DNA of 64,000 nt from an uncultured Phycisphaerales bacterium (GTDB lineage Bacteria > Planctomycetota > Phycisphaerae > Tepidisphaerales > Tepidisphaeraceae). The DNA lies in NCBI GenBank assembly GCA_963755915.1, contig CAVWLP010000002.1:3744001-3808000 (forward strand). Direction: 5' to 3'. Each line of letters starts with the position of its first letter. Position 1 is the first letter of the stretch. The position numbers were made by a program, and so were the translations under genes. This document shows positions 33,303-42,051 of this stretch, one piece after another. A model generated the notes under the pieces. The model was not told the origin of the DNA. It did no database searches and saw only the letters and a list, made by a program, of their open reading frames with translations.

Positions 33303-35447
33303 ATGTTGGAATCACTCGAGAATCGCGTTTTGTTGTCCGGCGAAACCGGGTTGCGTGCCGATTACTTTAACGCATCCACCGACCTCTTCAACGCCCAGAA
33401 TGCCTCGGTCGGCGCTCTCCCCGCCGTCACCGAAACCGATCAGACCGTGAATTTCAACTGGGGCGCCTCCGCGCCTGTTTCCGGAGTCAACTCCAGCGCC
33501 TTCGAAGTCCGCTGGAGCGGACAGGTCCTTTCCACGACTGCCGGAAGCTACACCTTCAGCGTTCAGACCAACGCCACCGTGCGTCTCTACATAAACAATC
33601 AGCTTGTCATCAACGACTGGACGCCGCAGTCATCCGCCAGCAATTACGTCAGCACGCCCATCACCCTCGCGGCCAACACGATGTACAACATCCGCCTCGA
33701 CATCTATCAGCCCAACGCCGCCGCCGACAATTCCGTCGCGCTCGAGTGGCAAGCCCCCGGCAGCTCCACGCCGCAGGTCATTCCTGCCGCAAATCTCTTC
33801 CCCTTCATGCAGGCGACTTCAATCACTTCCGGCGGCCTCTACGTCGGAAGCTGGTACGACACCAATCCCAACGACGTCGTCGTCGAAGACAGCACCACAG
33901 CGCCGGTCACCATCGCCGACTCCACCATCGAAGGCAGCGGCACCCTCATCAGCGATACCCTCGCCGGCGTCAATCTCACCGTCCAGGACTCCTACGGCTA
34001 CGGCCTGAACCCCAACCAGGCGGGCGTCGAAAAAGGCAGCTTCCTCTACCTCATGAGCCCCTCCAACGTCGACATCCAGCACAACAGCATCATCGGCGTC
34101 GGTGGACTCGGCACCAAGATCTACGGCTTCGACGCCACCGGCAGCGGAACCATCAAGATCGATTACAACGACATCCTCAACAGCGACGGCCGCTTTTCCG
34201 ACGGCAACGGCGGATACGAAGACACCGGCGTCATGACCCACTCCATCCAGCTTGCCAACATCTACAACCTCGCCGGCATCGACATCGGCTGGAACGAAAT
34301 CATTAACCAGCCCGGCCAGAGCTACGTCAACGACGTCATCAACCTCTTCGACACCAGCGGCACGCAAGGCAGCCCCGTCAACGTCCACGACAATTACATC
34401 GACGGCCTCTATTCACTCGACACCGCCACCACCTGGGACAGCGGCTCCGGAATCACGACGGATGGCGATCCCAGCCTCGCCATCGAGCCCGCCTACATCA
34501 ACATCCACAACAACACCATCGTCCAGGCCGGCAGCGCCGGCATCGGCGTGCCGGACGGCCACGACATCTCCGTCTACGACAACTACCTCGTCTGCTGCGG
34601 ATATCTGCCGGATGGCACCGAGTTCTTTGCCAGCGGCACCGGCATCTACATCAACGATCTCAACGGCGGCAACTCTTCGATCTTTTACAACAACGGCGCC
34701 TACGACAACACCGTCGGCTGGATCCAGCCCCCGCACAGCCAGCAAAACGGCGGCAGCACTTCCGTGCAAAGCGATTACTCGCTGCCCGATGCCGACCCCG
34801 CACTCACCTACGGCAACGTCGATCTCGCCGGCCCCATCACGACAGCCACGGAAAACGCCGCCACGGCTGCGTGGATCTCTCAGCTTGGGGCAACGGGCCT
34901 TACCGTCGGCGCCATACTTCCGACGGCCGCATCAGGTTCCAGCGGCTCCGGCTCAGGCGGTACCCCCGTTATCAGTCCCGCGCCGACCGGTAACACCGGC
35001 TCCGGCTCCAGTTCCTCCGCATCGGGCTCCTCCGGATCCAGTTCGTCAGGCTCCGGTTCATCCGCCTCCGGAACGTCCGGCTCGTCCTCCAGCGGCAGCT
35101 CGTCGACAGGCAGCAGTTCAAGCGGCTCCAGCTCCGCCGGCAGCTCCTCCAGCGGAAGTTCTTCCAGCGGCTCCGGCTCTTCTTCCTCCGGCTCAACACT
35201 CGCCGGCACCGGGTCGTCCTCTTCCGGCACATCCTCCAGCGGCTCCAGCTCCTCTGGCAGTTCTTCCGGCAGCTCGACGAACAGCGACCCCACACCGACT
35301 CCCCGTCGCTGGCGCACCCGGCGCAGCGGATCCTACGCCGCCTCTTCCACTGCGGTCGCCGCCTCAACTTTCGAGCCCACGAATTTCGTTTACGTCTTTA
35401 ACACCACCGATCACCACCACCAGTGGAAACGCATCCTCGCGGCGTGA
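33303..35447 (+). CDS. Extracellular protein: LEPR-xLL-type leader, PA14 domain, right-handed beta-helix, Ser/Gly-rich tail
   Basis: MLESLENRVLLS; GLRADYFN, VNFNWG, FEVRWSGQ (PA14); N-rich helix repeats; AGGAG RBS. Confidence 0.82.
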   Translation: MLESLENRVLLSGETGLRADYFNASTDLFNAQNASVGALPAVTETDQTVNFNWGASAPVSGVNSSAFEVRWSGQVLSTTAGSYTFSVQTNATVRLYINNQLVINDWTPQSSASNYVSTPITLAANTMYNIRLDIYQPNAAADNSVALEWQAPGSSTPQVIPAANLFPFMQATSITSGGLYVGSWYDTNPNDVVVEDSTTAPVTIADSTIEGSGTLISDTLAGVNLTVQDSYGYGLNPNQAGVEKGSFLYLMSPSNVDIQHNSIIGVGGLGTKIYGFDATGSGTIKIDYNDILNSDGRFSDGNGGYEDTGVMTHSIQLANIYNLAGIDIGWNEIINQPGQSYVNDVINLFDTSGTQGSPVNVHDNYIDGLYSLDTATTWDSGSGITTDGDPSLAIEPAYINIHNNTIVQAGSAGIGVPDGHDISVYDNYLVCCGYLPDGTEFFASGTGIYINDLNGGNSSIFYNNGAYDNTVGWIQPPHSQQNGGSTSVQSDYSLPDADPALTYGNVDLAGPITTATENAATAAWISQLGATGLTVGAILPTAASGSSGSGSGGTPVISPAPTGNTGSGSSSSASGSSGSSSSGSGSSASGTSGSSSSGSSSTGSSSSGSSSAGSSSSGSSSSGSGSSSSGSTLAGTGSSSSGTSSSGSSSSGSSSGSSTNSDPTPTPRRWRTRRSGSYAASSTAVAASTFEPTNFVYVFNTTDHHHQWKRILAA
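34930..35285 (+). repeat. Low-complexity coding tract of about GSSSS units
   Basis: Degenerate repeats of about 15 bp encoding SGSSSSGSSS... Confidence 0.8.
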
Positions 35448-35451
35448 GACC

Positions 35452-35486
35452 AAAAAAAGGAGCCTGGATTTTCCACCAGGCTCCTT
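35452..35486 (-). terminator. Intrinsic terminator
   Basis: aaggagcctgg/ccaggctcctt stem followed by a T run on the minus strand, between convergent genes. Confidence 0.8.
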
Positions 35487-35507
35487 CAGAGGGTCAAGAC
35501 ATATATC

Positions 35508-36272
35508 CTACGATTGCCGCTGACCGTGCTTGCGCTTCAGCAGCAGCAGCGACGTGATCCCGATAAGCGACGCACTGGCAGGTTCCGGCACGACCGGAAC
35601 CGCGCTGACGCGCACGTCGTCATAGATACCCTGTTCGTGCGCCCCGGCCGTATCCTCCATCAGCAGGATCGTTAGATCGCCGCTGACGCTTGCTCCCGTC
35701 GTCGTCGAAACGGAATAGTCCGTGAATGATCCGTTGGCAGGCGTAATCGTTGGCGAGGAAGCCAGCACCGTTCCGCTCACCGCGATGTTGTTCGACGAGC
35801 CACTGAGCGTGTTCGTGCCGTTCAATAGTTCCAGCGTGTCGGTCGGCTGCGCGTTCCCCGAGCCTGTCCCGCCGTAAGCGGTCCCGCCCGGAGCAGCGAC
35901 TGAAACGGTCAGGGTGTAAGTCGTGTTGGCCGCCAGCGATCCGATATCCTGATAGAGGTAGTTGCCCGCGCCGTTCACCCACCCGTCTTGCGGCGTGCCA
36001 TCCGGACTATTGCCGGTGAGCTGCGCATTGGTATTGGCCTGCACACCCGAGTCGTGATCCACGCTGGTGTTGGCAAAATAATACCCCCATCCCCAGAAGC
36101 CGGAATTCGACGGATTGTTGATCGCGCCATTCGAATCATCGATGTAGCCGCTGGTCACCGGCGATTCAAACGAAGCATTGGTCACCGTGACGGCCATCGC
36201 CGACTTGGCCCCCAGCGCCACACCCGCACCCAGAAATAGGGCGAAAATACCTTTCGCACGTCCCGCTCCCAT
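35508..36272 (-). CDS. PEP-CTERM sorting-domain protein
   Basis: Signal peptide, VTNASFESP, LAANTTYTLTV, C-terminal VPEPASA...KRKH; GGAGG RBS. Confidence 0.88.
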   Translation of the reverse strand: MGAGRAKGIFALFLGAGVALGAKSAMAVTVTNASFESPVTSGYIDDSNGAINNPSNSGFWGWGYYFANTSVDHDSGVQANTNAQLTGNSPDGTPQDGWVNGAGNYLYQDIGSLAANTTYTLTVSVAAPGGTAYGGTGSGNAQPTDTLELLNGTNTLSGSSNNIAVSGTVLASSPTITPANGSFTDYSVSTTTGASVSGDLTILLMEDTAGAHEQGIYDDVRVSAVPVVPEPASASLIGITSLLLLKRKHGQRQS

Positions 36273-36672
36273 ATGTACCTCCAGTAGAAATGAGTTGTCG
36301 TGAAGGGCGAACCTGAAACGCGCACCCACAGCAGGCACGAGCCACCGCTATGAGGCCGCGCACTCCCAATTGCCCGATGCGCTAGCCGCCGGCGAAAGGG
36401 CGCTGGCGTCCGCTATCGCACACATCCATACGGCCCGCATCCCGCAATTTGGACAGCAAATGTCGCGAACCCAGAAAATCAGAATTTAAACGCTCACGGG
36501 CCAATCCGGCCGCAAAGGCCATCGCTACGCCGCTGCAACGAGCGATCAGACCACAGGCTCATCACAATCCTGGACCCTCGACACGAGCTACGGCAAGGAC
36601 AACTATCGCCACTGGCGGTCGAAGTCGTATGTATTCCTTATGGGATTAAACAACATCGCGCCCCTGCGCCCT

Positions 36673-36769
36673 TTATTCCCTCCCCTGGCACGCCGTGAGC
36701 CTGTCGAACGGTACTCCGGCCTTCGGCTCTGAGGCTCAGGCTCGAAGAGGGGAGGGTGAGGGAGGGGGT
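36673..36769. repeat. REP mosaic: CCCTCCCC-GGTACTCCGG-GGGGAGGG element interrupted by two small palindromic inserts
   Basis: Matches the 21877 element once gccgtgagcctgtcgaacgg and ccttcggctctgaggctcaggctcgaag are removed. Confidence 0.55.
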
Positions 36770-36870
36770 CCCGCGTTCTACTGCTCTACTCTCTACTGTT
36801 CTATCCTCTCGCGCAGCGCCGCTACACGGCCCAAATGAAAGCGCCATCTCTTCGCGCCTCCGCGCCTCTG

Positions 36871-38843
36871 GTGCGTCAGTGAAACCGGTTTTGTCTTGTG
36901 AACTGAAAGGAGTTCACCATGGAATGACCCGTTAGCCGTGTAGCCGCCCGGGCGTGACGACGGAGCAATCGGTCGCGCGAAGCCCCGGAAGGCGAAGGCG
37001 CGAGCCATAGCGTTAAGCGAACCCAAACCAGCCTCGTTACGCCAATGGGAGTGGCCAACCCGTCAGAGAGGGCCAAGCCGGCGCGGACGATGAAGCAGCG
37101 GGTGCGAGCAATCGTCCGGCTCCTCGGGGTCGATGGGGACGGCGCGTGCCGACAGACAAGATCGGGAACTGAGAGACCCCACGCATCGTTGTGCGGCTCG
37201 TTGGAAAGACATAACCAAGGGACGGGAAGCGTGGGGAGTCGGATGGGCTCATAGTAGCTGAGAAGCGGGGTAATGCCCGTGAGCGGAGGCGAAGCCTGCC
37301 GCGAGCCAAGGAGCCCTGACGGTATCGAGCGGAAGTAAGAAGAAGAGAGGCCCGCTTGCAGGGACAACCTGACAGTACGGATGATCCGACAGACTTGCCG
37401 GAGCACCTGAGGGTGAACTCCAGGGGTCTGCCGGGGAAAGTCTTTCTTCTGAGACAGAAGCTATACCTCAAAGCCAAGCGGGAACCGGGGTTTCGGTTTT
37501 ACACCTTGTACGACCGGATCTGCCGGCGCGATGTTCTGGAAGCGGCGTGGGACCGGGTGTCCGCCAACGGCGGGGCGCCCGGCTTGGACGGGGTGAGCAT
37601 CGAGAAGGTGCAAAACTCCGAGCACGGCGTCAGTGGATTCCTGAGCGAGATCGAAGAATCGCTCAAGACCCGCACCTACCGCCCGCAGCCGGTGAAGCGC
37701 GTGTACATTCCCAAAGCCAACGGCAAGCGGCGTCCATTGGGCATCCCCACGATCCGAGATCGCGTGGTGCAGATGGCGGTGCTGCTGCTCATCGAGCCGA
37801 TCTTCGAGGCGGATTTCCTGGACTGTTCGTATGGATTCCGTCCCGGTCGCTCGGCTCACGATGCGCTGGAGGCGATCAAGCAAAACCTCCAGCAGGGCCG
37901 AAGGGAAGTGTATGACGCGGATTTGCAGTCGTACTTCGACACGATTCCCCATGAGAAACTGATGGCGTGTGTCCAGAAGCGGATCACGGACGGAAGCGTG
38001 CTGAAGCTGATCCGGATGTGGCTGAAGGCGGTGATCGTCGAAGAAGGCGAGAAGCCCGGCGATCCACCGAAAGTCACCCGGAGCAAACAGGGAACGCCGC
38101 AGGGCGGAGTGATCTCGCCGCTGCTGGCCAACCTATATCTGCACTGGTTTGATAAATTGTTCCACCGATCCGATGGCCCGCATCGCTGGGCGAACGCCCG
38201 GCTGATCCGGTACGCCGACGACTTTGTCATCATGGCAAGGTATATAGGCCCTCAGATCAAGCAGTTCGTGGAACGCACGCTGCAAGGCCGGTTTGATCTG
38301 ACGATCAACACCGACAAGACCCGCACGGTGAAGTTGAAAGAGCCGGGCGAAAGTCTGAACTTTCTCGGGTACAGGTTCCGGTACGACCGGAGCCTGCAAG
38401 GCGGGCCGGGGCGTTATCTGAACCTCTGTCCTTCGAGCAAGTCGATGCAGCGTGAGCGGGACAAATTGCGGGAGATGACCGGACCCGAAGCAGGCTTTGT
38501 GCCCATCCCGGCGTTGATCGTACAGATCAACGAGCACCTGAGAGGATGGGCCAACTACTTCGGCAAAGGCTATCCGCGCAAGGCGTTCCGTCAGATCAAC
38601 CGATTTGTGCAGGAGCGACTGGAACGACACCTTAAACGTCGCAGCCAGCGTCCGTTCCGTGTGCGCGGAGCGAGGAGCTGGTACGAACAGTTGCAGCGTC
38701 TGGGCCTCATCAGCCTGCGACCTGTTCCGACCGTGAATGCTTGAGAAGAACAATACCGTGAGAGCCGGATGCGGGAAACCCGCTCGTCCGGTTCGAAGAG
38801 GGAGAGCTGAGCGGCAATCGGGTCGTTCAGTTCTCTACTCTAC
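36871..38843 (+). mobile_element. Complete group II intron
   Basis: 5' GTGCG at 36871; domain V gagagccggatgcgggaaacccgctcgtccggttc with AGC triad; domain VI ending ctctactctAC at 38843; internal RT ORF. Confidence 0.95.
37356..38744 (+). CDS. ltrA: Group II intron reverse transcriptase/maturase without endonuclease domain
   Basis: [63 protein letters not shown]; exact start uncertain. Confidence 0.95.
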   Translation: MQGQPDSTDDPTDLPEHLRVNSRGLPGKVFLLRQKLYLKAKREPGFRFYTLYDRICRRDVLEAAWDRVSANGGAPGLDGVSIEKVQNSEHGVSGFLSEIEESLKTRTYRPQPVKRVYIPKANGKRRPLGIPTIRDRVVQMAVLLLIEPIFEADFLDCSYGFRPGRSAHDALEAIKQNLQQGRREVYDADLQSYFDTIPHEKLMACVQKRITDGSVLKLIRMWLKAVIVEEGEKPGDPPKVTRSKQGTPQGGVISPLLANLYLHWFDKLFHRSDGPHRWANARLIRYADDFVIMARYIGPQIKQFVERTLQGRFDLTINTDKTRTVKLKEPGESLNFLGYRFRYDRSLQGGPGRYLNLCPSSKSMQRERDKLREMTGPEAGFVPIPALIVQINEHLRGWANYFGKGYPRKAFRQINRFVQERLERHLKRRSQRPFRVRGARSWYEQLQRLGLISLRPVPTVNA

Positions 38844-39015
38844 CGCGAAACCAATGTATTTTGAAGAAGATTTCGCGTAGAGGCGCAGAGGCGAGACTGG
38901 AAATCGGGACACGAAGACCGGGACAGCTCTGAACACGCGAGATTTCAGCAAAGCGATGGCCTTCCGGTGGATTTGTGGTAAGAAACAAGGACGGGCCCCC
39001 ACGACCTTGTTTCTT

Positions 39016-39182
39016 AGAGCGTGTTATGCACTTTACCATGCCCCGCGACGGCACGGAATCGGCCCATCTGCGTCGTCGCAACGGCTCGAGGGGTCGATAT
39101 AGACCCGGTTCTCGCCATTGCTCCTAGCGTCTGGGCCGATTCCGTGCCGTCGCGGGGCATGGTAAAGTGCATAACACGCTCT
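39016..39182. mobile_element. 167-bp MITE-like element with perfect 51-bp terminal inverted repeats
   Basis: agagcgtgttatgcactttaccatgccccgcgacggcacggaatcggccca at 39016-39066 and its exact reverse complement at 39132-39182; no coding capacity. Confidence 0.85.
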
Positions 39183-39196
39183 GGGTGGACCAAAAC

Positions 39197-39748
39197 ATGG
39201 AAATCAAAGGTGAAACCTATTTGTACGCATTGGCTGGTGTGATGATCACGTTCGCCGGGTTCTCGGCACTCTTGTTGGCCCTCAGGCCGGCAGCTGGAGC
39301 GAAGTTGTCACTGCTTGACAGATACCTTGCAAAAACGGTCATGACCGACATTTTCGTATTGACGGCGGGAGCGCTGCTGCCGGCGCTATTGGCGCTCTAC
39401 GACGTTCAGGAAAAGTGGATTTGGCGAGGCTCTGCTGTTCTTTTTGCGCTGCCGATGCTGTCTCTTCAGGTCACCTTTCCGCTCCGACGCCGCAAGGCGG
39501 TCGGCAAAGGACCGCCGCCCGCGGTATTTGCGGTCTTGGTTGTAATCGGCTCCGCCGTGACACTGGCGATGCTTGGCTACATTTTAGAAGGCCTCCAATA
39601 CAGCGCCGCGGTCTACATCACGGCGTTGACGATCGACTTCTTTACGGTCGTTTTCAGCTTCGTGATCGCGCTCGATGTCATTATGCAACAACCATTGGAA
39701 GTGCCGGAGCGACCGGCGCCGCAGAGCCGAAAACCGGGACAGCTCTGA
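39197..39748 (+). CDS. Hypothetical multi-pass membrane protein
   Basis: MEIKGETYLYALAGVMITFAGFSALL..., about 5 hydrophobic segments; stop codon lies within repeat copy 2. Confidence 0.75.
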   Translation: MEIKGETYLYALAGVMITFAGFSALLLALRPAAGAKLSLLDRYLAKTVMTDIFVLTAGALLPALLALYDVQEKWIWRGSAVLFALPMLSLQVTFPLRRRKAVGKGPPPAVFAVLVVIGSAVTLAMLGYILEGLQYSAAVYITALTIDFFTVVFSFVIALDVIMQQPLEVPERPAPQSRKPGQL

Positions 39749-39824
39749 ATTACAATCAGTGATGACCCCTTGTCCGCTTCGGACCTTGGCTAGATTGATG
39801 TGTTGAATTAAATTAGGACGCCCG

Positions 39825-40138
39825 ATGTTCATAGCATTAATTTTCTTGTTGGGCGCAAGCAGTTTTTCGCTTATTTCTGCGTTTTTCCCTCAATGGAATT
39901 TGCGGTGGGGAGGCGCGCAGGACCATCGTTTACCAATTGTGTCCCCGTAAGCGTAGTAGGCAGAGTGGGGTTTGCGATCTACTTCCTGTGCTGCGCCGTC
40001 GTCTTGATTGTCGCCTCATCCAGGCCATCACTTTGGCACCCGATGATCGGTATCTTAGTAATCCTTGTGGCTGCCATGTACACGGTTTACCTGCGCGATA
40101 GACGGCGTTGGCGAATTGAGGTGGAGCGTTCTAAGTAA
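39825..40138 (+). CDS. Small low-GC membrane protein (probable 1-bp frameshift in the G run near 39907)
   Basis: MFIALIFLLGASSFSLISAFFPQWNLRWG joins ...VPVSVVGRVGFAIYFLCCAVVLIVA...IGILVILVAAMYTVYLRDRRRW. Confidence 0.55.
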
Positions 40139-40240
40139 AAATGATGTAAGGGCGCGGCGCAATGAATTAGAGCCGAAAAACGGGACGGCTCTGAATTACT
40201 GGTGACGGAAACTATAATCCACATATGAAATCTAAATAAG

Positions 40241-40311
40241 ACCACAGATTACACGGATATCATGGATAAGAGAAGAACCGTCGCATTTCTCTTATCCGTG
40301 AAATCCGTGGT
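40241..40311. repeat. REP-like inverted repeat (CACAGAT/CACGGAT family)
   Basis: accacagattacacggatatcatggataagagaa ... ttctcttatccgtgaaatccgtggt. Confidence 0.75.
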
Positions 40312-40478
40312 TCAACTCCCTGCCAAGCCGCTCTCTCTCCGCCCGCCAAATGTTACACTCTCGTCCCTGTTTTATAGTCATAAAACCGCGCCCGATCACC
40401 CCGCAACTCCTCTGGCCCCAGAGTTTTACTTCAACCGACCGCATAAGTTAGCATACACTTTCAAAATCGCGTAAAACG

Positions 40479-42002
40479 CAATAGTGTCCGGAACGCAGGC
40501 TCACAAATAACACGATCTTGCGCCTTGCGCGAAGCAGCGTTTTGTGGTTCACTGCCGCCACGTGCACGCGGACCTTTGCCCAGCTTCTGGATTGCCCGCC
40601 AAGCCGGGACGAAAGCCGCGGCCGGCGGTGCGGGGGGAGGATTTGTTCGGCGGCAAGTACGTCGGTATTTTGCAGGATCATCTGGCCCGCCTGCGGGCGG
40701 CGCATCCCCACCCCAATCGCACGCTTTTTTATGACGATGTGACCCTTGCCTATCTGCTGGCGTTTTTCACGCCGGCGATTCGCAGCCTGCGGACGATGGA
40801 GGATTTCAGCCAGACCGAGCAGATGCAGGAGCAGCTTTCGGTCGATCGCCTGCCGCGTTCCACGCTTTCCGATGCCAACGCCCTGTTCGATCCGACGCTG
40901 CTGGAGCCGATCATCGAGGAGTTGCGGGCGCGGCTGCCGCACCTGCGTCACGGCGATCCGAAGCTGGCGGAGTTGACCGAGCGGGTACGGGTGGTGGATG
41001 GGTCGCTGTTCACCGTTGCCGCCGACGTGGCCTGGGCGCTGCATCAAAGTCGACCCAACGGAAAGCCCATGGACACGATTCGCCTGAATCTTCAATGGGC
41101 GGCGGGCGTGGGGGTTCCCGAGGGAGTGACGATCAGCGGCGCGGGATGCTCCGAGGCGCAGGCGCTGATGCAGTCCCTGGAGCCGGGACAGATTTACGTC
41201 ATGGACCGCGGCTACGTCTGTTTCGAGCTGCTGGAGCGGATCGTACATGCCTGCAGCGATTTTGTGCTCCGGCTCAAGTCAAACAACTATTTCATTCCCA
41301 TCGAAAACAATGACTTGACCCCCAAGTCCCTGCCGCTGAGCGATGAAGACCGCGCTGCCGGCATTCTCAGCGACCGGATCGGATACCTGGGCTCAGAAGG
41401 GCCACGCTTTGCTCCTCCGGCGGGAAAATGGCTTCGGGAAGTGACGATCTTCGACCCGGACAAACCCGACAGGCCCCTGCGGCTGCTGACCAATCTTCTT
41501 AACATTCCCGCCCATGTCATCGGTCTGCTCTACCGCTGGCGATGGAAGATCGAGCTGTTTTTCCGCTGGCTGAAAGTGCACGCCCACTTCCGCCATCTCA
41601 CCAGCCACAGCAAAAACGGCGTCACCACCGGGTTCTACATCGCGGTCATCGGGGTGCTGTTGATCTATCTGCACACGCAGCGTCCGGTGAGCAAATATGC
41701 CTACGCGATGCTGAGCCTGGTCGCCGCGGGAGGGGCCACGTTGCAAGAGATTATTCCCATCCTGCAGCGCCGAGAACGGGAATGCGAGCTGCAGCGTCAG
41801 CGTGTGGCACGGAAGAAGGCTGAAAAAATCGTCAAGTAAGTCACCGGGGGTTTTTGTTGTCCGGCCGCCGGTGAACGCCGCGGCATGCGCTGCAGGAGCA
41901 GCGCTGAACCTTCCACGCCGTTGCCCATCGAGGCAACGCAGCCTTTCGAGTGAAAACCCGAAAAATCCCAGCTCTAAGACGCGGAAGTCCCGGACAATAT
42001 TG
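40479..42002 (+). mobile_element. IS4-family insertion sequence
   Basis: Terminal IRs caatagtgtccggaac / gtcccggacaatattg (14/16); 9-bp target duplication cgtaaaacg at 40470-40478 and 42003-42011. Confidence 0.92.
40544..41839 (+). CDS. IS4-family DDE transposase
   Basis: VVDGS, VMDRGY, LYRWRWKIELFFRWLK (YREK motif); start uncertain. Confidence 0.93.
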   Translation: MVHCRHVHADLCPASGLPAKPGRKPRPAVRGEDLFGGKYVGILQDHLARLRAAHPHPNRTLFYDDVTLAYLLAFFTPAIRSLRTMEDFSQTEQMQEQLSVDRLPRSTLSDANALFDPTLLEPIIEELRARLPHLRHGDPKLAELTERVRVVDGSLFTVAADVAWALHQSRPNGKPMDTIRLNLQWAAGVGVPEGVTISGAGCSEAQALMQSLEPGQIYVMDRGYVCFELLERIVHACSDFVLRLKSNNYFIPIENNDLTPKSLPLSDEDRAAGILSDRIGYLGSEGPRFAPPAGKWLREVTIFDPDKPDRPLRLLTNLLNIPAHVIGLLYRWRWKIELFFRWLKVHAHFRHLTSHSKNGVTTGFYIAVIGVLLIYLHTQRPVSKYAYAMLSLVAAGGATLQEIIPILQRRERECELQRQRVARKKAEKIVK

Positions 42003-42051
42003 CGTAAAACGTAACAAAACGTAAAATTATGTAACATCCGCCCGCCCAGCT

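Larger units (their letters stand above)
36847..38896. repeat. REP-like inverted repeat split by the intron (36847-36870 joined to 38844-38896)
   Basis: Rejoined flanks give cgcctccgcgcctctg|cgcgaaa ... tttcgcgtagaggcgcagaggcg. Confidence 0.8.
38912..40199 (+). repeat. Three direct copies of (AGAGC)CGAAAACCGGGACAGCTCTGAA(TTAC) at 38912-38933, 39723-39753 and 40169-40199
   Basis: Copies 2 and 3 match at 29/31 positions; copy 1 matches copy 2 at 21/22. Confidence 0.85.

Noticed and set aside
34252-35523. Long alternative-frame and antisense ORFs (also 6318..7616, 20475..21824, 49934..51442, 55826..57193)
   Set aside because: Shadow ORFs expected from high GC3 codon bias; they overlap well-supported genes and show no motifs
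36755-36796. ctctactctctac run as the 3' end of a second group II intron
   Set aside because: Resembles a domain VI end, but no domain V lies upstream; the preceding G-rich tract belongs to a REP-like element
37356-38744. RT as a retron, DGR or CRISPR-associated RT
   Set aside because: Has YADD and a maturase X domain and is enclosed by a GTGCG 5' end and domains V/VI, so it is a group II intron protein
38912-40199. Three direct repeats as a CRISPR array or classical attC sites
   Set aside because: Spacers are about 400-800 bp and contain genes; no cas genes, no attC core motifs and no integrase in the window
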